From an uncultured Deinococcales bacterium (GTDB lineage: Bacteria > Deinococcota > Deinococci > Deinococcales > JAAFIG01), in assembly GCA_964247135.1 (NCBI GenBank), contig CAXTTL010000007.1, positions 1-57,174 on the forward strand: a stretch of 57,174 nucleotides of DNA, given 5' to 3'. Numbering within the stretch: the stretch's first letter is position 1; every line of letters begins with the position of its first letter. The position numbers and the translations under genes are program-made. This document shows positions 10,010 to 19,170 of this stretch, piece by piece. The notes beneath the pieces were generated by a model, which saw only the letters and a list, made by a program, of their open reading frames with translations, was not told the origin of the DNA and did no database searches.

Positions 10010-11311
10010 TTACTGATTTGGCATCAAGCTTTGAGCGCGATCTGCGGCAGCTTTCATGGTGGCATCGACATCGACTTTGCCAAACACCGATTGCTCGAGG
10101 GCATCCATCATGATTTTGGTGATCTGCTTGTAACTTTGCCCAGGAATCGGAACCCACGGTGACAGGCGATCCAGTTGCTCGAGGTTGGGTTTGATCAGCG
10201 GGTTGGCGTCCGCCCAAGGTTTGAGGTAGGCGGGGTCGTTGACGATCTCTGGGCGCAACGGCACATAACCGATTTTTGAGGTGATGATGGTGTAGCCGCG
10301 TTTGGAGGTCAGAAATTTCATCAGTTCCCAGGCGGCGCGTTGTTTGAGTGGGTCTTTTGCCAAAATAAACACGCCGCTGCCCGAGTTGACGGGTCGAACC
10401 AGTTTGGTGCCAAACGAAGGCATTTTTGCCGAACGCAATTCAAATTTGTCTTTGGAGGCATTCAGCAAATAATTTTGCAGGGCGCTGGTTTGCAGGTACA
10501 TGCCGAGGTTGCCGGCTGCCATCGCGGCTTGGGCATCGGCGGCGGCAAGGTTTGGATGTGCGCCGGTGTTCACCAGCTCGCGCAACATCCGCACCGCCTC
10601 GAGTGCGGGTGCATCCGCGAAGCTCAGGCGTTTGCGGTCTTCGGACATGACCCGTCCACCGTTGGAAAGCAGCAAAGATTGATACATCCAATCGAACGCC
10701 CCGTGCAATGCCACGTAGACGCCCGCCTTATTGGTTTTGGCTTTGATTTGCAGGGCGTATTTTTTGACCTCTTCCCAGGAACGCGGTGGTTTGTTCGGGT
10801 CAAGTCCGGCGGCTTTAAAAACATCGGCGTTGTAAAACAAGACTGGGGTGCTGAAGACATAAGGCAGTCCGTAGGTCTTGCCGTTCAACCGCGCCAGCGC
10901 CAAACCCCTGGGGTGCAAACCGATGTAATGCGCTTGCAATTCGCGGTCCGAGATCAAATCCTCGAGCGCTTTGACACCCAGGTTGTTGATGGCAAACTCG
11001 TAATCGGCAAAGACAATCTGCGCCAAATCTGGCGTGCGTCCCGCGACCACATCGGCTTGCAGTCGCCCCAGAATTTCGTTGGATGGCGCGGGAACACCCT
11101 CGACGCTGATGTTCGGGTTGGCGGCTTCAAATTCGGAAATCAATTGCTTGGTGGCTTCCGCACCAATGCCCGCGCTGGCGAGGTTGTAATTGTAAAACGT
11201 GATGCTGACCTTGGTGTTTTTGGGCAGCGGTGGCAGAAAGTTTTTTTGAGCCGACACAGCGGCGACTGTAACGGCAAGCGCAATGGCAAATGACCATACT
11301 TTTTTCATCAA
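10010..11311 (-). CDS. ABC transporter substrate-binding protein (UgpB-like, CUT1 family)
   Basis: Signal peptide; YGLPYVFSTPVLFYN, PPRSWEE, AAWELMKFL. Confidence 0.9.
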   Translation of the reverse strand: MMKKVWSFAIALAVTVAAVSAQKNFLPPLPKNTKVSITFYNYNLASAGIGAEATKQLISEFEAANPNISVEGVPAPSNEILGRLQADVVAGRTPDLAQIVFADYEFAINNLGVKALEDLISDRELQAHYIGLHPRGLALARLNGKTYGLPYVFSTPVLFYNADVFKAAGLDPNKPPRSWEEVKKYALQIKAKTNKAGVYVALHGAFDWMYQSLLLSNGGRVMSEDRKRLSFADAPALEAVRMLRELVNTGAHPNLAAADAQAAMAAGNLGMYLQTSALQNYLLNASKDKFELRSAKMPSFGTKLVRPVNSGSGVFILAKDPLKQRAAWELMKFLTSKRGYTIITSKIGYVPLRPEIVNDPAYLKPWADANPLIKPNLEQLDRLSPWVPIPGQSYKQITKIMMDALEQSVFGKVDVDATMKAAADRAQSLMPNQ

Positions 11312-11356
11312 TATCCCCCTGGTGATGGCTTTGAAACCTCGAGCGACTGATACCGA

Positions 11357-12214
11357 TTAGGCGGTGACCGCTTCTTGCGCTTTGGTTGCCAGCTCATTGC
11401 GGTAATTGTCCATCCAGGCTTGGGTGATGTGGTGTACTTCGGTTTGATCGCTCGGCAGCGGCACTTTCACCACATTGAGAGCATTGTCCCGCACATAGCA
11501 CAAGTTCCAACTCGCACCCTGAAGCGCCCGCAAGCCGTCCATCTCGAGCACATCGGTCAGGTTGTGCAAACCCGTGCTGATAAAATACGGCACACCGCCG
11601 CGCACGGAAACCTGATCAAAATGCACGTGACCAGACAGCACGCCGATCACGTTTTTACCCTCGAGCAGTTTCTCGAGTTTTTGGGCGTCGCCTGGGTCAA
11701 AATTGATGTCGTTGAAAATTGGCAGGTGCATTGGTGCAGTCGGGTGATGCACCACCACGATTTTTGGCAGTTCTGGATGTGCGGTTAATTCTTGCTCGAG
11801 CCAGGCAAACTGTTCGGCTTCGATTGTGCCGTGCACCTTGTTTGGCGTGCTGGAATCCAAGACGATCAGGTGCAAACCTTCAATCACATGGCTGTAAAAA
11901 TACGGCTCGTTGCTGCGGCTGGGGTCGTCCAGCACAAACTCGTAAAAGCCTTCTCGGGTGTCGTGGTTGCCCAAGGAAAGCAACACGGGCAGTTCGATGT
12001 CGGAGAGCAAGCGTTTTAGCTCGAGAAAATTTTCTTGGGTGCCACGGTTGGTCAAATCGCCAGAGATCACCACAAAACTCGGGCGCGGCTCGAGCGTGGC
12101 GAGCGCGGTTTTGACGTGCTCGAAGGTGGTGGTGTCACTGAACAAGTGCTCGTCAGTGGCATCTGAATGAACAATGTGCAGGTCACTGAGGTGGGCGAAA
12201 ACGACGTCTTTCAT
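11357..12214 (-). CDS. Metallophosphoesterase (CpdA/Icc/GpdQ-like phosphodiesterase)
   Basis: DLH, GDLT, GNHD, HH and GHVH calcineurin-like motifs; start moved to ATG 12214 behind a GGAGG RBS. Confidence 0.9.
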   Translation of the reverse strand: MKDVVFAHLSDLHIVHSDATDEHLFSDTTTFEHVKTALATLEPRPSFVVISGDLTNRGTQENFLELKRLLSDIELPVLLSLGNHDTREGFYEFVLDDPSRSNEPYFYSHVIEGLHLIVLDSSTPNKVHGTIEAEQFAWLEQELTAHPELPKIVVVHHPTAPMHLPIFNDINFDPGDAQKLEKLLEGKNVIGVLSGHVHFDQVSVRGGVPYFISTGLHNLTDVLEMDGLRALQGASWNLCYVRDNALNVVKVPLPSDQTEVHHITQAWMDNYRNELATKAQEAVTA

Positions 12215-12270
12215 ATTGAAACCTCCCAAATGAAATTTCTGGAGAAACGAAGTGTCAAACCACAAACCCT

Positions 12271-12289
12271 TTTAAGAAATATTCTTAAA
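12271..12289. promoter_or_regulatory. Palindrome TTTAAGAA-N3-TTCTTAAA; candidate operator
   Basis: Perfect 8-bp arms 57 bp upstream of the phosphoesterase/Ugp-like operon. Confidence 0.4.
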
Positions 12290-12493
12290 TCGAGCGGAAG
12301 TGAAGATCAAATTGAAGAATTTGGGCAAGCTCGAGAATGTAAAATGAACAATCGCTTGCCCCTAGTTTTTAACTTAAGCTCTGATTATCATGTTCGCGTC
12401 AAATCGTAACGATTGGGTTTGGCGGCAAAAGAGATCGAGTGAGACGAACGCACGTCAATGGTGCGTTTGCTCGAAACAGTTGCGCTTCCCCGA

Positions 12494-13624
12494 TCAGATC
12501 GGCAAGAGCTTAAAATCAAACAGGCGTTCCGCCAACCAAATCGCGGCGACGGTAGCCACCAGCAGCGAACCAAACGAAAAAAAACCGCGTTTGTAAATGA
12601 TGCTGTGACGAATCAAAAACGCCAACGGTAAGAAAAGCACCACGATTGCCAACTGTCCAATCTCGACCCCAACGTTAAAGCCCAGCAAACTCGAGAGCAA
12701 CCCGCGTTTATCCAGCACCAATTCGTTGAGGACGCTCGAGAATCCAAAACCGTGAATCAAACCAAAAACGAATGCCACCAACCAACGGCGGCGCTCTTGA
12801 ACAATCGGGAAAACGTTGTTGAGCGCCGCCAAAACCACCGAGGCGGCAATGACCGATTCGACCAACCTTGAGGGCAAACGAATCACCTCGAGCGCCGCGA
12901 GTGCGAGGGTGATGGAATGCGCCAGGGTGAACGCGGTGACCACCTTCAAGACGCTGACCAGCGCTTCACGAAACGAGAAGACGGGCTGCCACCCATCATC
13001 TTTGCGCCGTAAAACCGCAGGCAGCAATAAGGAAATCAAAAACAAAACATGATCCCAACCCTGCCAGATGTGGGTCATGCCCTGCCAGACAAACTCGAGA
13101 AATTGGGCGAGGGCGTCTGGCGCTGCGATGCGAAAACGTTCGTGGATGTCGTCGCTGGTGAACACGCCGACAAAATCCTGCCCGTCGGCAACCAGGTTTA
13201 AAAAGCCGCGATGCTGCCCCGTTTGACTGCCGTCCAGAAACAGGCGTTCGGTGACCTCGAGGATTTTGGGCGGTTGCGCACAATTGATCGTCAGACCAAT
13301 TGAAATGTACGCGCCTTTGCTGGTTTCGGTTGGCGTGAAATCGGTGTCTTTGATTTGACAGCTTGCCAATTCACTGCGCACCTCGAGCTTGGAAAGGGCG
13401 TATTTGACGATGCGTCGATGACCAGCCTCGAGTTCGTTGGTGCTGAGCGAGCGGTTGCCGTCCGTGTCAAGCTTGAGCACATAATCAAGGTCACGCAACG
13501 CCACATTCCAAAAACCAGTCAGTTTGGTATCTTGTAACTCAAGTTTGATGTAGGTGTCCGAGGTGGCGTGCGCCAAGGCGAGACCTGAACAACACAGCAG
13601 CAAGATTGGCAACCAAAAACGCAT
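12494..13624 (-). CDS. HupE/UreJ family membrane protein with N-terminal extracytoplasmic domain
   Basis: Signal peptide ending ALAH; GMTHIWQGWDHVLFL, TAFTLAHSITL, VESVIAASV, FGLIHGFGF, FNVGVEIGQL. Confidence 0.88.
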   Translation of the reverse strand: MRFWLPILLLCCSGLALAHATSDTYIKLELQDTKLTGFWNVALRDLDYVLKLDTDGNRSLSTNELEAGHRRIVKYALSKLEVRSELASCQIKDTDFTPTETSKGAYISIGLTINCAQPPKILEVTERLFLDGSQTGQHRGFLNLVADGQDFVGVFTSDDIHERFRIAAPDALAQFLEFVWQGMTHIWQGWDHVLFLISLLLPAVLRRKDDGWQPVFSFREALVSVLKVVTAFTLAHSITLALAALEVIRLPSRLVESVIAASVVLAALNNVFPIVQERRRWLVAFVFGLIHGFGFSSVLNELVLDKRGLLSSLLGFNVGVEIGQLAIVVLFLPLAFLIRHSIIYKRGFFSFGSLLVATVAAIWLAERLFDFKLLPI

Positions 13625-13683
13625 GTCTGACCTCCAAACACAAAGGAGAACCAGGCTCGCTGGTTCTCCTCGAGTGCCGTTGT

Positions 13684-15168
13684 TTACTTCTTCATTTCAA
13701 CAAAAATCGGGTTCGAGTAAAACCACAAGTCGTTCCAAGGCATTTCGCCTTTGGTGTCCATCTCTGGCTCGAGCGCGTCGGTGTTCGTGCCACGCACCCG
13801 CAGGTACATGCCTTTGTCAACTTTTGGCAAGGTCGTGGTGATCGTGTAAACTTCGCCATCCTTGACCCAATCCTTCTCGGTGAACCTCGAGACGACCTTG
13901 GTGGTCTCGACCTTGTCGACATTGCGGTTTTGTGCCGAACCCTTGACCTCGCCGACGATCAAATCGACACGTTTGACTTTTGGATTGTCGCCGTTGGCGT
14001 TCTTGCCTTCGGGATCGCGGAAACGGATCGTGACTTTGACATCGTCAGCCGTCTCGAGTTCCAAGGTGCCACCGATCTCCGCACTCGAGTTGTTGCCCTG
14101 GGCGCTGACATCGAGTTCGCTGATCAGGTCGCCGATGGTGGTAAAAATCCGACCGTTGCGCAGACCATCAAGGATGTCATCGTAGCTTTTAACCGCCTTG
14201 ACGTAGGTTTTTGAGTATTGTCCGGGCCAGAAGTCGATGCCCGCTTTGGCGGTGTCTGAGAAGTTAACGTGTGAATCGGAGGTCGCCACGATCCAGAAGC
14301 GTCGCCCTTCGGTCAGCATCGAATCCCACAAGCCACCGACGATGGCGGTCATCTGATCGTAACCACCAAAAGTACGGGCTTTGTCATTGCCATACGCGCC
14401 ACGATCACCGTCAGGCGCACCGTCTTTCATCTTTTGCGTGCCGTCCTTGTTCAAACCGCCCGCCTGATGCCCGGGCGCACCCTCGAAGCCGTGGTAAACA
14501 TCAGGGGCGATGTCGTTGTTGTTGCGGAATTCTCGAGGCTCGTCCAGACCATACGTGCCAACACCGGTGGCAGAACGGGCGGGGTGGTTGGCGAACATCA
14601 GTGGCAATTTGCGCATCGAGTTCATGTACATCAGCGCCTTGATCGTGTTGGCTTCGCTGTTGCGGCTTGGATCGGTGGGCCAAGCTTCGTTGGAATCAAA
14701 TTGGCTTTCGATGTTAAACAGTTGTTTCCATTCCTCTGGCGTGTTTGGAATGATCAACGTGTGATGATCCATCGCGGGCATGTTGAATTCCATGCCGTAA
14801 AACTGAAGCACTTCAGGCACTTGCACCCGTGAAGCCTGCAAATCTGGGTAGGCTCGAGAGAGGTTCAGTTTGGAGTGGTTTGGACCGCCGTGATCGGTGG
14901 TGACCATCCATGACAGACCATACTTTCTGGCGTTGGTGGCATTGACCTCGGTCGGATAAATCGCGTCGCCGCCAGTGGATTCGCCAAACAATTGCGGTTC
15001 TGGTGGATTTTTGGATTGGTCGTAGGTGGGGCTGTACTTGCTGTGAATGTGCGAATCTCCCGCGAGCCAAGTGCGTTGCGGGGCGGCTTGGGTGAGGGTC
15101 AATGATGCACCGATGACGGTCACAGCCAGCAGTCCAGCCGTGATCCAACGGACGTTGTTCATCTTCAT
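13684..15168 (-). CDS. Secreted PHP-family phosphoesterase
   Basis: Signal peptide; GDSHIHS, TTDH, ANHP, SDSH PHP metal motifs; C-terminal WFYSNPIF. Confidence 0.85.
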   Translation of the reverse strand: MKMNNVRWITAGLLAVTVIGASLTLTQAAPQRTWLAGDSHIHSKYSPTYDQSKNPPEPQLFGESTGGDAIYPTEVNATNARKYGLSWMVTTDHGGPNHSKLNLSRAYPDLQASRVQVPEVLQFYGMEFNMPAMDHHTLIIPNTPEEWKQLFNIESQFDSNEAWPTDPSRNSEANTIKALMYMNSMRKLPLMFANHPARSATGVGTYGLDEPREFRNNNDIAPDVYHGFEGAPGHQAGGLNKDGTQKMKDGAPDGDRGAYGNDKARTFGGYDQMTAIVGGLWDSMLTEGRRFWIVATSDSHVNFSDTAKAGIDFWPGQYSKTYVKAVKSYDDILDGLRNGRIFTTIGDLISELDVSAQGNNSSAEIGGTLELETADDVKVTIRFRDPEGKNANGDNPKVKRVDLIVGEVKGSAQNRNVDKVETTKVVSRFTEKDWVKDGEVYTITTTLPKVDKGMYLRVRGTNTDALEPEMDTKGEMPWNDLWFYSNPIFVEMKK

Positions 15169-15201
15169 GTTTTTGCCTCCAAAATGGTTTTAACCAAAGC
15201 A

Positions 15202-15217
15202 TGTCAGGCTGGTGTCA
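15202..15217 (-). promoter_or_regulatory. Pho-box-like direct repeat (TGTCA-N6-TGTCA on + strand)
   Basis: TGTCA at 15202 and 15213, 11-bp period, just upstream of the PHP phosphoesterase start. Confidence 0.55.
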
Positions 15218-15227
15218 ATCTGAAAAT

Positions 15228-16463
15228 TTAATTCAAACGCTCGAGCGGGCTGCGTCTCGAGGCTGCCAATGCTGGGAACAAGGCAAAGAACACCGCCACG
15301 GGCAACAGCGTGATGGCTCGTAAAAAATCGCCAGACTCGAGCGCCACAACGGGCAGGGTCAGACCGACCTGGTCTTGCAAGACTTGCCCCGCGATGAGCG
15401 TACCAAGATACGCCAGAGCCACGCCCAGCAACACTCCAAGCCCCGTCACCACCAATGCCTCGAGCAAGACCACCGCGATGACCGTGCTGGCTTTCGCGCC
15501 AATCGCCCGTAAAATCGCCAGGTTGCGTTGCCCTGCCAGCGCCGAGGCAAACGTATTCACAGCCACCGTCGCAAGCGCCAGAATCAAGACCAGTGAACCC
15601 ACCACGGCATAGCCCGCCCGTCCTTGCCCCAACAAATCGAGCAGGCTGCCAACCGTCTGACCAGGAAAGACACCTTGTGCCACCGCTCCAGGCAGGTACG
15701 TCCCCTTCTCGAGTTGGTTGGCGATCTGATAGACGTATCCCAGCCTGGTCGGGGTGTAGAGCACGGCGGTGACCTCTCGCGTGTCGCCTTTTGCTCCGCT
15801 GGCAACCTGACCGTGGTCATCCCAGAGCGCTTGAATGTCGGCGTAAATGCCGCGATCACCAGGTCCACCGGTCGCCGCCAGAATGCCGACCACCGTCAGT
15901 TTTGTCACGGCATCGGGATGGTCGGGATTGTGGGCTTGTTTCTCGAGGGTCGGAATAAAACCGTGGGCGCTCTCGAAGGTATCACCCAGTTTCAAACCCG
16001 TGACCCGAGCCGCCTGAGCGCCCAGCACCACTTCATCTGTTTTGGCAAACAGTTTGCCTTGCGCCAGCGTGTAAAACGGCGGGTCGGTCAGTTTGTCGCG
16101 CAATTCAAAAAACTCGGGCGTTGTGCCGACCAACGGAAAGCCATCGTAATTGTCACCAAAGCCCATCGGGATGGCGCTGCGGGTGCGAAGGTCGGCTTTG
16201 AGCTTGGCGTACAGCGCATAGGGAATATTGCCGACGGGCGCTTCTTGCAAAAAAATCGTGTTCAGCATCGCCTGGGTTGGGCTGCCTTTGGCGGTAATGA
16301 GCAAATTGAAAATGCTCGAGGCGCGAATCGTACCAATCCTCAAGCTTGAGAGGGTCAACGGCACCGCCAATGCCACACCGACACCGAGCGCCACCGCAAA
16401 AATGGTGAGAAGGTTTGCGCCAAAACGGTTTCGCAAGGTGCGAATCACCAACCAGAAGATCAT
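15228..16463 (-). CDS. ABC transporter permease, FtsX/MacB-like
   Basis: AKGSPTQAMLN, IPMGFGDNY, His-containing periplasmic loop, LAILRAIGA, C-terminal TMs. Confidence 0.85.
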   Translation of the reverse strand: MIFWLVIRTLRNRFGANLLTIFAVALGVGVALAVPLTLSSLRIGTIRASSIFNLLITAKGSPTQAMLNTIFLQEAPVGNIPYALYAKLKADLRTRSAIPMGFGDNYDGFPLVGTTPEFFELRDKLTDPPFYTLAQGKLFAKTDEVVLGAQAARVTGLKLGDTFESAHGFIPTLEKQAHNPDHPDAVTKLTVVGILAATGGPGDRGIYADIQALWDDHGQVASGAKGDTREVTAVLYTPTRLGYVYQIANQLEKGTYLPGAVAQGVFPGQTVGSLLDLLGQGRAGYAVVGSLVLILALATVAVNTFASALAGQRNLAILRAIGAKASTVIAVVLLEALVVTGLGVLLGVALAYLGTLIAGQVLQDQVGLTLPVVALESGDFLRAITLLPVAVFFALFPALAASRRSPLERLN

Positions 16464-17146
16464 GCGGCGACCGCCGACGGCAGCTCGAGTGAAGTGCTTG
16501 AAACAACCACCCGCTTCTCGAGCGCCGCCATCACGCTGGGGTCGTGCGTGGCGATCAACAATGCCGCGTTGACTTCTTTTGCCAGTTCACGCAGCAACGC
16601 GAGCGCGACCTGACCACGTTTGGCGTCGAGGTGCGCGGTGGGTTCGTCCACCAAGAGCAATTTGGGTTTGGTCGCCAAAGCCCGAGCCAACGCCACCCGT
16701 TGTCGTTCACCCGTCGAGAGTTTTCGCGGGGTCGAATGCAGCCTGTGACCGAGGCTGACGCGCTCGAGCAACGCCCTGGCGCGTTTGGTTGCCTGGGCAA
16801 TCGGCACGTCCGCCAAGCCAAGGCTGGCGGTGACCTGCTCGAGCGCTGTAAACCCTTCAAGCAAGTGAAAATCTTGAAACATCAAGCCAACGGTTTTGGC
16901 GCGGTACGCCTCGAGTTGGCTGGCACTGGCAAGCCGCAAGTCAAGCTCGCCGACACTCGCCACGCCACGGCTTGGGCGCACCAAACCCGCCAGAACATGC
17001 AGCAGCGTGGTTTTCCCAGAGCCGGACGGACCCACCAACGCAACCTCATCGCCAGCCAAAAGCTCGAGATCGGACAGCGCAATTTCGGTGCCGTCCTGGT
17101 AACGCACGGCTGCACCGCGCACGGTGGCAACCCAGGGCTGGGTCAT
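16460..17146 (-). CDS. ABC transporter ATP-binding protein (LolD/MacB-like)
   Basis: GPSGSGKT, LSTGERQRV, LLVDEPT, ATHD. Confidence 0.92.
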   Translation of the reverse strand: MTQPWVATVRGAAVRYQDGTEIALSDLELLAGDEVALVGPSGSGKTTLLHVLAGLVRPSRGVASVGELDLRLASASQLEAYRAKTVGLMFQDFHLLEGFTALEQVTASLGLADVPIAQATKRARALLERVSLGHRLHSTPRKLSTGERQRVALARALATKPKLLLVDEPTAHLDAKRGQVALALLRELAKEVNAALLIATHDPSVMAALEKRVVVSSTSLELPSAVAA

Positions 17147-17595
17147 CGCTTTAAGACCTCGAGTTCATCGGCATAAATCCGAATCAGGCTGACAAAACCT
17201 GTTTCTGGGTCTTCTTTGACCCCAACCTCAAGCCTGCCACGAACCCGCATTGCCGCTGTGGTAAACGGGGCGCTCTTGCCATCACGCATCAGCACCAGCA
17301 CGATGTCTGATGGCCAGTCGGCGGCGCTCGAGCAAAATGGACAGATCGAAAGTGGAGTCGAAGACAGCACAAAAAAGTCAATTTCGGATTTTAGGGGCGG
17401 CGCCATGTAGCCCAGCATCTCGACCCGTTTGCCATTGGCTGCCAGCAGTTTGGGGCTGAGTTCTTGGGTTTTGGATTTGCTGTAGAGTTCTGAGAATTTA
17501 ATCGAAATTGGATTGGCTTGTGCGCCCACATCACCACCGAGCGCCAGCACCAAGACCAAGACGAAACTCGAGGCAAGTGCCAAGATGTTTTTCAT
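17143..17595 (-). CDS. Secreted DUF3299-like protein with CxxC motif
   Basis: Signal peptide; LLAANGKRVEMLGYMAP, CPFC, VRGRLEVG; adjacent to an FtsX-type ABC pair. Confidence 0.6.
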   Translation of the reverse strand: MKNILALASSFVLVLVLALGGDVGAQANPISIKFSELYSKSKTQELSPKLLAANGKRVEMLGYMAPPLKSEIDFFVLSSTPLSICPFCSSAADWPSDIVLVLMRDGKSAPFTTAAMRVRGRLEVGVKEDPETGFVSLIRIYADELEVLKR

Positions 17596-17607
17596 AAGCA
17601 CCACTAT

Positions 17608-17633
17608 TGTCCGAAAATGTCAGGGGATTGTCT
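17608..17633 (-). promoter_or_regulatory. Pho-box-like repeat (TGTCC/TGTCA/TGTCT, 10-11 bp period)
   Basis: Units at 17608, 17618 and 17629, immediately upstream of the 17595 start. Confidence 0.45.
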
Positions 17634-17919
17634 GAATTGGCGGTTTGAGGTCAAACTCAAGGTTTTATATCGCGTGAGAATAGCAGCCAAATGTTGTCAA
17701 GCCCGATCAATTATCACCCCTGGACATATTTGAAATCAGTCACAGTGCGCTGACAAAAGCAGTTTAACCTTTGCTGGTTCAACCCGAGTGTTTCATCCTC
17801 GAGCGGCGCAGTGTTTTATGGGAAACGCTCGCGCTGTGCTTCTCGAGCTTGTGCATTCATCACAATCAATTCTTCAATTCACCAACTCAAAGAGCCAGGC
17901 TCGTTTTGGAGGTCAGTGT

Positions 17920-19170
17920 ATGAAAAAAATGGTGTTGATTCCCCTTGGTTTGGCGGCACTCCTCGCTTCGGCACTCGCCATAGAACCTGTCAACAGCGCG
18001 GCATTTAACGTTGATGCGGGTGGCTTGAACCTCAAGACCCTGAGTGCCAAAAACTTTTTGTCTCGAGTGACCTCATTGGCGAAAAAGCAGGCTTCGCTCA
18101 CGTTTTACGATTTTACCGAGTCATTCAGCCCGCTTTTTAAGGACAATGTCTTGCCACGCTTCGAGAAAAAGTACGGCATCACGGTCAAATACCTGCCCGT
18201 GGACGGTGCGGTAGCGGTGCAGCAACTGATTGCCGCCAAAAAAGCCAATCAGCCCTCGCCAGTGGATGTGTTTTTTATCTCCAACGGTCAGGTCGAAACG
18301 GCGGTAGAGGGCGGAATCGTTGCGAATTTACCACTTAACACCCTCTTGCCGAGTGCACCTGACCTCAACCAGGCGGCTGCCACGGTATCTCGAGGCTTCG
18401 CCCACGGTGGTGTGGTCGTGCCGTTTCACCGCAACCAGACCGCGATTGGTTACAACTCGCGTTTTGTGGCATCGGGTTCTGAACCGACAACCTTCGAGGA
18501 ATTGCTGGCTTACGCCAAACAAAATCCAAAGCGTTTTGCCATGACCAACCCAAGCAAGGGCGGTTCGGGTGGGGGTTTCCTCGAGAGTGCGATCTTGAAT
18601 TTTATCAAAGACGAGGCTTGCCGCAAGCCATTGTATGACAAGCGTGTTGACCCACCTCAAGCCGAAAAATGGGCAGCCGATTGCCTCGCGCCAGTCATGG
18701 CGTACTTTAAGGAACTCGCGCCCAACGTGGAAATCACCAACGGCAACACCGACACCTTGACGCTGATCGCCAACGGTGCGGCGTATGTGGGCACGATCTG
18801 GGAAGACCAGGCTTATGATTTTATGGGGCGCGGTTTGCTGCCGATGAGCGTCAAATTCCGCTTATTGAAAAGCGGTCAGGTCGGCGATGGCGACGGTGTG
18901 ATGATTCCCGCCGGCACGCAAAAATTGGCGGCGGCGTTGCTCTTTACCAACTTTTTGCTATCTGACGAAATTCAAGCCCTCAAACTCGAGTTGAACGGTT
19001 CGCGTTCGGCTCGCACGACCTTGAACGTTGCCAAGTTGCTCAAACCCGAGAACGCCGCGCGTTTGCTGCCGACCGATCAATACCCAAGCCTCAGCCGCCC
19101 TCGGATCAACGGCGACCTCAGCAGCGCCGCCCAAAAACGCTTCACCCAAGACATCCTGCAAGGCAAGTAA
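17920..19170 (+). CDS. ABC transporter extracellular solute-binding protein (PotD/AfuA-like class)
   Basis: GGAGG RBS, signal peptide MKKMVLIPLG; PTTFEELL, NPSKGGSG; first gene of a PotA-type operon. Confidence 0.85.
   Translation: MKKMVLIPLGLAALLASALAIEPVNSAAFNVDAGGLNLKTLSAKNFLSRVTSLAKKQASLTFYDFTESFSPLFKDNVLPRFEKKYGITVKYLPVDGAVAVQQLIAAKKANQPSPVDVFFISNGQVETAVEGGIVANLPLNTLLPSAPDLNQAAATVSRGFAHGGVVVPFHRNQTAIGYNSRFVASGSEPTTFEELLAYAKQNPKRFAMTNPSKGGSGGGFLESAILNFIKDEACRKPLYDKRVDPPQAEKWAADCLAPVMAYFKELAPNVEITNGNTDTLTLIANGAAYVGTIWEDQAYDFMGRGLLPMSVKFRLLKSGQVGDGDGVMIPAGTQKLAAALLFTNFLLSDEIQALKLELNGSRSARTTLNVAKLLKPENAARLLPTDQYPSLSRPRINGDLSSAAQKRFTQDILQGK

Noticed and set aside
10340-11293. Long antisense ORFs over transporter genes (this one and many similar)
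   Set aside because: Expected shadows of GC-rich coding sequence; no RBS or domain signatures
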